This document shows, one piece after another, positions 50,435-63,400 of a stretch of 64,000 bases of DNA; position 1 is the stretch's first letter, and each line of letters opens with the position of its first letter. The stretch comes from Malacoraja senta. Its lineage: Eukaryota. The translations under genes and the position numbers were made by a program. Location: assembly GCA_038087875.1 (NCBI GenBank), contig JAXLNO010005343.1, positions 62,001-126,000 of the forward strand, in the 5' to 3' direction. The notes below the pieces were generated by a model. That model searched no databases and was not told where the DNA came from. It was given only the letters and a program-made list of their open reading frames with translations.

Positions 50435-51075
50435 AATCTCATGTAGATAGGGTGGTAAAGAAAGCTTTTGGTGTGCTGGCCTTTATAAATCAGAGCATTG
50501 AATATAGAAGTTGGGATGTAATGTTAAAATTGTACAAGGCATTGGTGAGGCCAATTCTGGAGTATGGAGTACAATTTTGGTCGCCTAATTATAGGAAGGA
50601 TGTCAACAAAATAGAGAGAGTACAGAGGAGATTTACTAGAATGTTGCCTGGGTTTCAGCAACTAAGTTACAGAGAAAGGTTGAACAAGTTAGGTCTTTAT
50701 TCTTTGGAGCGCAGAAGGTTAAGAGGGGACTTGATAGAGGTCTTTAAAATTATGAGCGGGTTAGACAGAGTGGACGTGGATAAGCTTTTCCCATTGAGAG
50801 TAGGGAAGATTCAAACAAGGGGACATGACTTGAGAATTAAGGGACAGAAGTTTAGGGGGAACATTAGGGGGAACTTCTTTACTCAGAGAGTGGTAGCTGT
50901 GTGGAATGAGCTTCCAGTGGAAGTGGTGGAGGCAGGTTCGATGTTATCCTTTAAAAATAGATTGGATGGGTATATGGACGGGAAAGGAATGGAGGGTTAT
51001 GGTCTGAGTGCAGGTAGATGGGACTAGGGGGAAGAATTTTATTTTTAATTTAAAAAAAAAAAAAAAAAAAAAATT
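50435..51075 (+). mobile_element. CR1 3' portion with intact 191-aa C-terminal frame
   Basis: ORF 50452-51027 LVRPILEYGVQFWSP...RGDLIEVFKI...TRGHDLRI. More degraded CR1 follows at ~51340-51960. Confidence 0.92.
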
Positions 51076-54000
51076 AAATGTTCGGCACGGACTTGAAGGG
51101 CCGAGATGGCCTGTTTCCGTGCTGTTATGGTTATATGGTTATATGGTTATATGGTGGCGGGCATGCGGGGGGCAGTTAATTTAGAATGTGGTGATGTGAG
51201 TTAACACATCGGTTGTGTCTTATAATGGAATACATCTAGGGACGTCGAGAATTGATTAAAACAAAACATCAAATTAAGAGTGTGTATCAATAGAGAAATA
51301 GCGTGAAAAGACCTACATGAAGACTTGAGGATGGCTAATATTGTGGCTATATTTGAGAAGGGCTGGAAGGAAAACTCTGGGACCTGTAAACTAGTCTGTG
51401 TTAGGAAGGCCACTGGAAAGGATTCAGAGGGATAAAATATGTATGCATTTGATTAGAAAGGAGCTGATCGAGGATTATCAGCAAGGTGAAATATCGTGTG
51501 TCACGAATCCGATTTATTTTAAAGCAACCAAAAAGGTTGATTTGGGCAAAGCAGTAAGACGTTGTCTGTATGGACCAGAAATGACTTTGACAAGGTTCCA
51601 CATGGTACGTTGTTCTGGAACATTAGAACCCATGTGGTCCAAGGAGAACTCGCCACTGGGTAGAGAAATGGCTTCATGTAAGGAAGCAAAGCGTGATGGT
51701 GGAATGTTGTATTTTGCGGACTCAATTCCGGGGAAGGGGAGAGGGGAACACTTACCAAGAAGCTAAGGGGCATCCTCTTCATGCAGATGCTGGTGGGTAT
51801 ATGGAATGAGGTGCCAGATGAGGTCGCTGAGGGAGGTACAATTTTTACCAGACATTTGGACGGATAAATTGGGAAAAAGGTTTAGAGAAGGATAAGGGCC
51901 AATTACTGTGTGACATCTTGGTGAGCATTGGACAATTGGGCTGAACTGGGTGTTTTCCTGCTCGAGGACTCTGTGCTTCTATTCAATGATAGCGTTTATT
52001 TTTGCAAAGCGTGTCAACCCAATGCCAAATATATTCAGGAAAATATATCAAATTATGACCAATAATCAATAGATCAAGAATAGATCAAGGGTAATAGACA
52101 ATAATACGTAGAGTTCTGAGCTAGGAATAAGTTCGTATAGAAATTGGTTGATTAAGCAAATCATAATCTTTCAGATCGATTAGAGGAGGGTTATCTACCC
52201 AAGTGGACTAATGATGGACAATTGATAAATTAATACATTACATCTCACATAAGCTTTTTTAAAAAGGTGAGGATAATTATAGCTATCACGCCAACCAACG
52301 TGATTGCTTCCCTCCAATGAAGTAATAACGGGGTGAAGTCAACGCGCCCTCATATTATCAGAACGTACAAACTCCGTACAGACAAGCACCTGTAGCTAGG
52401 ATCGAACGCGGGCCTCTGGCGCTGTAAGCGCTGTTGGCTGCACCTCTACCACTGCACCACCGTGCAGAGGCTCAAATATTGGATTGTTATTAGGTGGTAC
52501 AGATATAATATAATAGCATGAAAATACTACTCCATATGTAGCCATTAATGACTCAACGGGTGAAGCAGAGAAATGGCTTCCCACGGAACCTGTGGAAAAT
52601 GACACCCAAAGGAAACTGTAATTTGTTCCCACAAACTGAACATGCAAGGAGGATGCAGACAAATGAAACATTAGAATCACTTCTTAAACGCAGCAAGCAT
52701 GGGATGAAAGAGGGCGAGCAGGACAGATTTTGGGGGAAGTAGCATGCGCGATGTAATGGTTGTGATCCAATTGGTTTTTGACATCAGTTTCCTACACCTA
52801 TAAGGGAAAATAACACAGAGGAAAGAAGAAATCACTGGAGATAATCCATAATGTTCTAACAGCAGGTATACAAAAGGCCATATTGGAACTGACCAATGCC
52901 GTGAAGCTGTCACATTGCTCACGCTTCATCCTCGATAACTATCAGAACAGTGGCACCTCAAGGCTGTGTGCTCACTCTATACCCATGGATGTGTACCCGG
53001 AACAGTTCCAACTCAACCTTTACATTTGCAGACTACACCACCGTTGCTGAACTAATTACAGGTAATGATGTGTCAGAGGAGTTCCATCATCTGATCGAAT
53101 GGTGCTAGAACAACAATCTGTCTCTCAATGTCAGTAAAATTGCTGATTGTTGACTTTAGAGGAGGACGGGCCAGGATTCATCAACCTATCTTCATCGACG
53201 GGTCGGTGGTGGAGAGAGTCAAAAACTTCAGGTTCCATGGCATGCATATTTCTGAAGATCCGTCCTGAAGTCCGCACATCCATACAATCATATGAAAGCC
53301 CCCCAATGCTTCTAATTCCCAAGAAGATTGAGGAGGTTCGGTATGTTGCCATTGAGTCATAGTCATAGTTTCCTGCTTGACACCATCTTTAATCGAAAGC
53401 GCTCTTAAACCTGTGCAGTATATGGTAGAGCGTATTAACCGGTTGCATCACGGCCTGGTCCAGTAACTCGAACGCCCAGGAATGGAATTACAAAAAGTGG
53501 TGGACACTGCCCGATCGATCAGGTGTTCCGACCTTCCAACCATCGAAGAGATCTATAGGAGAAGCTGCCTCAAAAAAGCAGCCAGCATCAAGACCTCACA
53601 CAACCTTGCCACACTGCCATCGAGAAGAAAGTATAGGCGTTTGAAAACCATGACCTTCATGTTGTGAAAGAGCTTTTTCCCAACAACCCTTCAGGCTATT
53701 AGACATTACAAACACCAACTAAACCGAATACAAACCGTCTTTGATGTACTCGGAACTTTGGAGCATTTGTTTTTGTTTTGCACTAATATAGTTTTCTATT
53801 GTAAATATTTTGGTTTGTTTGTTGAGTACTGTGCTACAGACCCGTTATGCTGCTGCGACATTGTTCTGTTTCTGTACATTGGCAATGAATCACCCTTAAC
53901 TGTTTGGGATAGATTCCAACACTCACATGTCTGCAGCAAAAATATGTAACTCACGTGAATCATAATAGACGAAAATGTTGAAGCAAACATTCAATCACTC

Positions 54001-56506
54001 ACCTAGAGGGATACTCGGGTCCATTTGAACCTTAACACCTTCAACTCTCTCTATTTCTCGACCTCGCTATTTGTTTCTTCCAGTGCGTGGATATCCTCAC
54101 TCAACCACATCATTTTGCACCTGTCATATATTTACTTAATCGCTAACCCTGACCATAACCTTCTTAATTCGCCCTGTATCAAGCACGCCCTCTGTACTGT
54201 GGTGATTGTGTTGCTTTTTAGTGTTTTAGTTTTAGAGATACAACGCGGAACCAGGCCTTTCGGCCCATCGAGTCCGCGCCGGCCAGCGATTGCCGCATAT
54301 TAACACTATCCGACACACACTAGGGATACTTTTTACATTTACCAAGCCAATTTACAACCATACCTCTACGTCTTTGGGGTGTGGAAGGAAACAGAAGATC
54401 TCGGAGGGAACCCACGCGTTCACGGGTAGAACGTACAAATTCCGTAGTCAGGATCGAACGGGGGTCTCCGACGCTGCAAGCGCTGTAAACTCTATCGCTG
54501 CGCCACCATGCCGAGTTTTCATAGGTGTTGTGTGTGTGTGTGTGGGGGGGGGGGTGACTTAATAGAATGAAATGTTTAGCAACTACATTTACTCAACATG
54601 AAATAGGACACCATCTCTAACGGCGAATGTTCGGCACCATCATGCTCCCGTCCACGTAACAAAAGCATTCTTTCTACATCGGTGGGTAAATCTTTGATCT
54701 CCATCCCAAACTGATCTATGCAAGTGCTCTCACCAGAGAATTTCCGCGGATATTTCACAAGTAGTGATCGGAAAGAAAGAAAGGGTGCATGGGACTGACA
54801 ATTTCGGTTTCCTGGTGGCGGGCACATAATTGATCTCTCCACTGCGACGCAAACTTCTTTTCCTCGGTTATTGTAATTTAATGTGGTGAAATGTTTAGTT
54901 TACAAGGTCTTGATTCCACTACTCTGGGTAAAAGGCGATGCATATACCAGATTTATTCCTGTCATGATCAGATACGCCTTAATAAGATCAACTCTTACCC
55001 TCCTGCGCTGCAAGGAATAACGTCCTAGCCTGCTTAGGCTCTCCCTATAGCTCAGACCCTCGCGTCGTGGCAACATCCTCGTAAATCTGTTCTATACCCC
55101 TTCCAGCTTAACTACATCATGCCTAGTTGCAGAGGCAGATACGATAGGGGCATCTTAGATATTTTTAAATAGGCAAATGCAGGGAATGGAAGGATGTGTC
55201 TCGCAAAGAGCGGATATTATTTTAACTTGGCACCATATTCGGCACTGAAATTGTGGGCCGAAGGGTCTATTCCTGTTGTATGTTGAGGAGATGTTGAATT
55301 TATTTTGAGCAGTTATAAGTTTCGAAATTGATGGGATGCTTTAGGTATTTGTCGTGTTCGCAATACACGTCACGGTGCTTAAACTGGACAAGGTATAGTA
55401 GCGTTTATGTGTGTATTCAGTAGTTGCTGATGTGGGATTGAAATAGTGCGCTGTGCGGAGGAAAGAGCGTACTCAGTTGGCTGAAGCTTTTTGGCATATT
55501 GCCACCCATCAATCGAGTATGCCGCTGACGTGTATTTATCATTCAGACTGAAGCTTCTGTTCTCCCACTCGAAGCTCTGCTGAGTTCCAATGAAACTCGA
55601 CGTAAAATGACGGATAACGTTTTGATTAATACTCTCAATTTGCAATTTAATCATTTGAATTCTGATACTAATTTTATCTTCTTTGTTTACATATTTTGTG
55701 ACTTGTTGCATTATTCTCAGATTTCCCCCCGTTTATAACTTAATGGGGTTGTTTTGTCTTCCACCCACATTAATGCGCCACCACGCACCCCACCTATTCT
55801 TCCTTGCTATACCTCTGAATTTCTTTAACAATTTTCACCATGAACTTTTGTTACTTCCGTTATAACGTTCTAGGCAGAAACTAATTTCTGTAGTCGCAGA
55901 TGTGTTGTGACTCGTATTTTATCATTCATTTTCTTTGAAACTATGAATTCCTAAAATCACGGTAGAATAGTCTTACACAAGATTGCGGTTAGAATATATC
56001 ACGCTCACTATTCATCAAATGTTTCTTCTATCAACATACGTTTTGTTAACATTTACTATTTGGATTAGAAATAACTACATAAATGGTCAAGTATGGTTAT
56101 TCTACAACAAAGAGCTCAATTCGTGAACCCCCAAGAATGCTCCATCATCTGGATATCACAGGTCTAGACTCGAACGCAATGTTTTTTTGACTAAACGACT
56201 GCAGCTACAATACTCGCTAACATATGACGGTTTATATTTCATTGACTACCATCTGCAATCTTAATCTATACTCCTTTCGCAGGATGCAGTTGAGGGGCCG
56301 CCAAGAAAATTAACCCTACACATAAAAATGATAACTAAATGATATGAAATTAAAGAATAATGATTGTCCAAAGAGCTCGTGGTCCAACAATCACGAAAAA
56401 CCAATTACTTAAATCGCTAGTGCAAAACTTCTAGTACAGACTTTATAACTCTGTAGCACACCATATTTGTTTTGTATTGTGATTCGAAACATCAAGTAAG
56501 ACTCAC

Positions 56507-56830
56507 CGTGCACAATAATCCTCGTGCCATTGCTTTTGGAACTCTTTCCTTCCCCGCGTCTCACACTGCAATAATAGATCCCGGAGTCACGGAAGCTCAC
56601 GTCCAACAGATGTAATTCGGCAAATCCCTTCAGTACATTGTTCATTGTCATCCTCCTGTTTGCGGTAGGATTCAAAGTCTCTTCTTGACCGTCTCTCTTC
56701 CAGTATACATCCACCAGTGCTTTCTGACCGAAGATTGGGAAAGTACAGTATAGGGATACATTTTCACCTTTCACTTTCGTTACCTTATCGGGAATCTGAC
56801 GCACCCTGAACGAGGAGGCCCCGTCAGTAA
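56507..56830 (-). CDS. Gene B germline-joined V(J)-type Ig domain exon
   Basis: FRVRQIP...GENVSLYC...VYWKR...AELHLLDVSFRDSGIYYC...SNGTRIIVH. Acceptor tttttaattctgacag, donor G|gtgagt, 324 nt, phase 1-1. Confidence 0.93.
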
Positions 56831-57000
56831 CTGTCAGAATTAAAAACAAACGTTAAACATGTGAAATGACAATGAACGGATTGATAAAAATCCAAATAGC
56901 TGAAATAGCTCGACCGAAAGGTAAGAGTTGTACATCTTATACTTTTCGCGGATTGACCTTTTCCCTGTTATTTTCGTTTAATAGAGGGAAATATATTAAC

Positions 57001-57055
57001 CTGTGTAACTCATGCGCAGGATCGAGAGAAACAGCAGCACGGCAAACATAAACAT
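57001..57055 (-). CDS. Gene B exon 1: signal peptide MFMFAVLLFLSILRMSYT(V)
   Basis: 55-nt coding leader, phase-1 donor G|gttaat, 170-nt intron to the V exon. Same leader length as gene A. Confidence 0.82.
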
Positions 57056-57161
57056 TCTGAGCCAAGATGATGAAATTCAACGATGTATGCTCTCTGACAG
57101 CGAGTCAAGCAGTGAAGCTTGTTGGCGACCGTCTTGCAGCAATACCGCGTGGCCCGAATGG

Positions 57162-57182
57162 TTCCGTTTCACTTTGACGTCA
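57162..57182 (-). promoter_or_regulatory. Candidate gene B promoter module: CRE palindrome plus IRF site plus Ets core
   Basis: TGACGTCA at 57175-57182 overlaps AAAGTGAAAC followed by GGAA on the minus strand, ~110-125 nt upstream of the ATG. Confidence 0.4.
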
Positions 57183-57559
57183 TAGCGCTGGAAAGCACAG
57201 TCAATGTCACAGAGGACACAGATGTTGCAGATATTATCTAGAGAAATGGCACATTTTGTGTATCATGGAAAGTTTTGATTTGATGCAGCTTCGCTCATGT
57301 CACAACCCGGTTAACTTTTACAGATGCTTTAAATGATATGGCCAATGGAAAGTAGAATATCAAAGTAACGAAAAGAGAAATACATAAATTAAATTCGTGA
57401 AAGTGTCGAAAAGAAATGCCTCGCCAGTCAAATCTAAGCGCGTTACAAATACTGCAGCAGTTAGAATGGGAGAAGAAAACCAACGCGTAGAACAAATAAT
57501 GTTTACAAATATACAGGACTAGATGTTAAAAGTCCAAAGTGCCAAATATCAATTTATCC

Positions 57560-58190
57560 CGATGGTGATGGGAGCCTTCTGCACTCACCTATGCTCCTCC
57601 GATGTTGAGAAAGGCTAAGCAGACACGTCATTGGGGTTATCAAGTGGGCACCTATTTTCATCGACGTTTCGCTGATTGAACCCACGGCGTCTCCAGTAGG
57701 CTCAGTGGTGCGTTCTGGCGTCCCAGAACCACCCCCCTCTGCATCTGTCAAGTCGGTTAATTGGGAGACCAAATGGGGACTTTCCTCTTCAGCCAGAGCC
57801 ACTGGCTACTCCGCTCTGCCACCCGTGATGTTTCTTTGATGGCATGGCGTAGGGCTTGTCCGCTGATCCCCAGGTCTTAAGGTAGATGTTGCCACGCATC
57901 CTCGACATCCAACTTCTATCGGGCAGATCTTAGCTCTCCAGTACCGCTGTTCTGCCTCCGCTGCAAGCTCTGTATATCGCAGTTTCTTTCTTTCGAAGGC
58001 TTCCTGCACAGCATCCTCCGAAGGGACTGTGAGCTCCACAAAATACACCATGCGCTGAGAGTTCGACCAGAGCACAAGATCAGGCCTCAAGTTGGTGATG
58101 GCTATTTCTGATGGAACTGTAAGCCGTTGGTCCACATCCACCAGCATCTGCCAATCCCTGGGCTGCCTCCAGCTGTCCAAACCTGGTCCT
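57560..58190 (-). mobile_element. 3' fragment of a non-LTR retrotransposon with a restriction-enzyme-like (PD-(D/E)XK) endonuclease, HERO/NeSL-type
   Basis: RPDLVLWS...VELTVPSE...ERKKLRY...IEVGCRG follows the REL motif series RPD...E...K-Y. Confidence 0.8.
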
Positions 58191-59715
58191 TGGTGGAAGA
58201 AGAGGAAGGAGGTTCTCCAACATGACTACAGAGAGTTGGGAAGAAGACTGAAATGCCGGACTTCTAGGGTGGTTATCTCTGGATTGCTTCCAGTACCTCG
58301 TGCTAGTGAGGCCAGGAACAGGGAAATATGGGATTTGAATGTGTGGCTGAGGGGCTGGTGCAGGGAGCAAGGATTTAGATTTATAGACCACTAGGATCTC
58401 TTCTGGCGTAGGGGTGACCTGCACAAAAGGGACGGATTACACCTTAACTGAAGGGGGACAGACATTCTGGAAGGCAGGTTTGCTAGGGCTACACGTGTGG
58501 GTTTAAACTATATAGTGGGGGGGGAGGGATTGACAAATTGGGAGTATAAAGATGGAGTTGAAGGGGAAGTGGCTACAGGAAAAATGGACAACAGATTAAG
58601 GTCAGGGCCAATTTCGAGGGGGGAAGTGAATACGGAGGTCAAAGTGCTGTATATGGATGCCCGAAGTATAAGGAATAAAGCGGACGAGCTTGAGGCTCAG
58701 TTAGAAACTGGCAAGTATGATGTTGTGGGAATTACTGAGACATGGCTGCAAGGGGCTAGGGCTGGGAACTGAATATTCAAGGGTATACCTCCTATCGAAA
58801 AGACAGACAGGTGGGCAGATGGGGTGGGGTTGCCCTGTTGGTGAGGAATGAAATGCAGTCTCTTGCAAGGGGTGACATTGAAACAGGAGATGTGGAGTCA
58901 GTATGGATGGAACTAAGGAATTGTAAGGGTAAAAAGATCCTAATGAGACTAATATACATGCCCCCAAACAGTAGCCTGGACATAGGGCGCAAGTTGAAAC
59001 AGGTGTTACAATTGGCATGCAGTAAAAGTAATGCTGTGGTTGTTATGGGAGATTTCAACATGCAGGTCGACTGGGAAAATCAGGTTGGTACTGGATCCCA
59101 AGAAAGGTACTTTGTAGAGTGCCTTCGTGATGGATTCTTTGAACAGCTTGTATTGGAGCGTACCAGGGAGAAGGCAATTATGGATTTAGTGTTATGTAAT
59201 GAACCGGATTTGATAAAGGACCTCGAGGTTAATGAGCCATTAGGAGGCAGTGACCATAACATGGTCAGGTTTAATCTACAATTGGAGAGGGAGAAGAGTA
59301 GATCCGAGGTGTCAGTGTTGCAGTTGAATAAAGGGGACTATGGGGCCATGAGGGAGGTGCTGGCCAAAGTTGACTGGAAAGATACACTAGCAGGGATGAC
59401 AGTGGAACAAAAATGGCAGGTGTTTTTAGGTATAATACAGAAGGTGCAGAATCAGTTCATTCCTAGGAGGAAGAAAGATTTCAAGGGGAGAAAAGGACGA
59501 CCATGGCTGACAAGGGACAATATATATTAATGATTTGGGCGAGGGAATTGAATGCAACATCTCCAAGTTTGCGGATGACACTAAGCTGGGGGCAGTGTTA
59601 GCTGTGAGGAGGATGCTAGGAGGCTGCAAGGTGACTTGGATAGGCTGGGTGAGTGGGCAAATGCATGGCAGATGCAGTATAATGTTGATAAATGTGAGGT
59701 TATCCACTTTGGTAA
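58190..59715 (+). mobile_element. CR1 with ORF1 SGNH-esterase remnant, ORF2 endonuclease and a large internal deletion
   Basis: RVVISGLLPVP...LNVWLRGWC (ORF1 esterase) and VMGDFN...MDLVL...SDHN (endonuclease). An abrupt jump at ~59520 leads to KFADDTKLG. Confidence 0.88.
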
Positions 59716-60419
59716 AGGGATCTATCGCAGGCGCTGCCTCAAAAAGGCTGCCAGCATTATCAAGGACCCACACACTCAACTCTGCGCTGCCATCAGGTAG
59801 AAGGTACACGAGCCTGAAATCTGCAACATCCAGGTTCAGGAACATATATATATATATTCTATGGTATATGGACACAATGATCTGATATGTATTTATGCCT
59901 ACAATATTCTGTTGTGCTGCAGCAGGCAAGAATTTAATTGTCCTATCTGGAACACATGACAATGAACTCTCTTGAATTGACTTGTCTATTGCTCTCATGG
60001 TGTTATATACACCTAGAATATCACCCTCGGCCTCCTGTGGTCCTAGTCCGCCCAACCTTATCCCATAGCTCAGGCCCTCCAGTCTTGATAACATATGTTA
60101 AACTTCTCTAATCACTATTTCCAGCATAATGACATCCTTCCTGCAGAAGGGTGTCCAAAAGTGAAAACGATATTCAAAATGTGATCTCACCATCGTCTCC
60201 TCCGAATTTACCATAACACAAATTCTGGACGAAATACATTGACTGCTGAACGAAAATGTGCTAAAAGCTCTCCTTACCTGTGACGCCATGTGCAAGTAAC
60301 GATGTATCCGTAAGCCTGGTTCCCATTGCTCTATAACTTTTCCCAGGCTTCACTGTAAATGGCCTGCCCTGGGGTGATCTCCCAAAATGCAACAACTCGC
60401 AATTGTTTGCATTAAGCTT

Positions 60420-63400
60420 CATTAGCAGCAAAGGTATACCATTTAAATCAAAGAATATCATAATAGATAAGGAAGGGAGATACCTTATAGTTACCGGAGA
60501 GATTCATGCTACTCCAATTGGTAAATATTTATGTACCTAATTTTGATAATCCCCAATTCTTTAATAAAATCCTGAATATAATTTCAGTTCAATTTATCAA
60601 AATGTGATAATTGGGGGAGATTTTAACTGTGTTTTAGATCCATACTTGGATAAATCTTCAAAACAGAACAGGGGTAATGCAAAATCTAAAACCAGGGAAA
60701 TCTTAAATACATACATAAAAAACACAAATATAACAGATGTCTGGAGGATCGCTAACCCTGTTGGAAGGGAATACTCATTTTATTCAATGGTACACAAAAC
60801 TTATTCATGTATCGACTATTTTCTAGTGGATACAATATTAATTCCCTATACACTAAACCCAAAATACCACAATAGTACAATTTCTGATCACTCCCCGATA
60901 ACTTTTTTTTTAAATTAGACGGAATGCCTACTAATAAATCGTTCTGGAGGTTTAATCCTCAAATCCTAAATGATCTACAAGGGAAAATATGTCTAAAACA
61001 ACAGATGGAACTTTTTTTCAAGACTAATGATATCCCAGAGGATTCACCAACCTTACTATGGGAATCTTTCAAAGCATTTATTAGAGGATCGATAATCTCA
61101 TACCAAGCTTTTTTAAATAAAAAGAATAAGAATGAACAAAGGCAGTTAGAAGAACGAATTAGACAATTGGATTTAGATAACGCTAAAGAGCCAACTATAG
61201 ATAAATATAATAAAATAACAATATTGAAATTTAAATTAAATAAAATATTATCAGCAAATGTTATAAGATTATTTCAAATTACAAAACATGAAAATTTTGA
61301 ATTTGGGGATAAACCACACAAACTTTTGTTCCGACAACTGAAAAAATGGGAAAAAGATCATACGATTTTAAAGATTAAATCAGATAAAGGGAAATTGTTA
61401 ACACTACCTAAGAATATTAATAAAAGATTCGCTGCAATAATTTGAGACGTCTGTTTAATATAATGCACTCATATAAAACCGAAGAACAAGACCTATCAAT
61501 TATTTCATTGGACGCAGAAAAAGCATTCGATCAAATGGAATGGGATTACCTTGTTAAAGTATTGCAAACATTTCAAATGGGAGAGAATTTTATCGCTTGG
61601 GTAAAATTACTATATGACAGGCCTACTGCCAGAATATTAACTAATAATATGTCCCCGAAATTTCAATTATCAAGGGGAAATAGACAGGGATGTTCATTAT
61701 CACCTCTGCTATTTGCTCTTGTAATAGAACCGTTGGCGGAAAGTATTAGAATACATCCGAACATCCATGGTTATAATACAAAATACAAAAATAATAAAAT
61801 ATCATTATATGCAGACGATGTACTATTATATATTACAAAATCACAAATCAGTATACCAAATATATTAAATGTAATAGAGGATTTTGGATCATTTTCAGGA
61901 TATAGAATAAATTGGAATAAAAGTGAAATTATGACGCTAAAACCTCAAGACCCAACACACCTGTTAAAATTCCATTTTAAAATCGCTTCAGAAATATTCA
62001 AATATTTGGGAATTGAAATTACTAGAAAATATAAATCTTTATTTAATGCAAACTATATGCCCTTACTCCATAAACTAAACATACTGATTAAATTTTGGAA
62101 AACTCTCCCGATGTCTCTAATAGGCCGAATTAATGCTTTAAAAATGATTTTTTTTTACCACAAATTTTATATCTAATATAATATTTTTACCAAATAAAAA
62201 AATAATAAAAACTGGATGCTGATATTACAAATTTTATATGGGACTATAAATCCCATAGAATTCAAAGAAGACATTTGTGCAAACCTAAAGAATTTGGCGG
62301 ATTATCACTCCCTAATTTTTTGTATTATTACTGGGCTGCAAATGTCAAAAATATGATTCACCTGTTGGACAACTCAGCCCAGCAGGTGGATTGGATAGTA
62401 ATGGAGAGAGATGATTGTTCCCCTTTTAATATAGGAGCGATCCTTCTCTCACCAACAAAATTGAAGAATCCAATTATCCATAGTACAATTAGAATTTGGA
62501 AAACAAATAAAATTAACTTTAAAATTAAGAAATCTATCGCTTCTTTCACCTATAATGAATAATCCTTCGTTTAAACCTTCTACGATAGATAAATCGTTTA
62601 CATACTGGGATAGATTAGGAATTAAAACGTTTGGAGATATGTATGATAATGGAAGTTTTTTTAACATTTCACCAACTACAACTTAAATACAATTTGATTA
62701 GTAATCAATATTTTAAATATTTTCAAATACGTGACTATTTGAAAAAAATATACAAAATATGTCTCCAGATTTATTAGACGAGACAATTAATATAAAAGCA
62801 GAATCAACTAATTTAATATCATACCTGTATAATACCATCCTAAATATAGAAATACCATCATCTGATAGGATTAGAAGAGATTGGGAACAAGAACTAGCTA
62901 TAAAAATCTCGAAAGAGAGTTAGGATAAACACTTGTTATATGTACATAAATGCTCGATTAACGTAAGACACATTCTAATTCAATTTAAAATCTTACATAG
63001 ATTATACTACTCAAAAGCTAAAATAAGTAAATTTTACCCAAATGGCTCTTCTATCTGTGATAAATGTCTAACCCAAGAAGCAAATATAGCACACTCTTTT
63101 GTTTTTTGTATAAAAATTCAAAAATTTTGGAATGAAATCTTTGACATTTTCACGAAATTATTAAAAATAAAACCGAAACCGAATGCAGAACTGATCATTT
63201 TTGGAACAATCGAAGCCAGTTTGGAGCTGTCTTCGTTTCAAAGGGGCTTTCTTAATTATGGCTTAATAACGGCAAAAAAACGTATACTGAAATTTTGGAA
63301 AAATGCTCCCACGCCAAAGACAAAAATGTGGATTTCTAATATGTCAGAACTGTTACACCTAGAAGATATGAGATTCCTCTTAGCAGGTAAACCAGACCAT

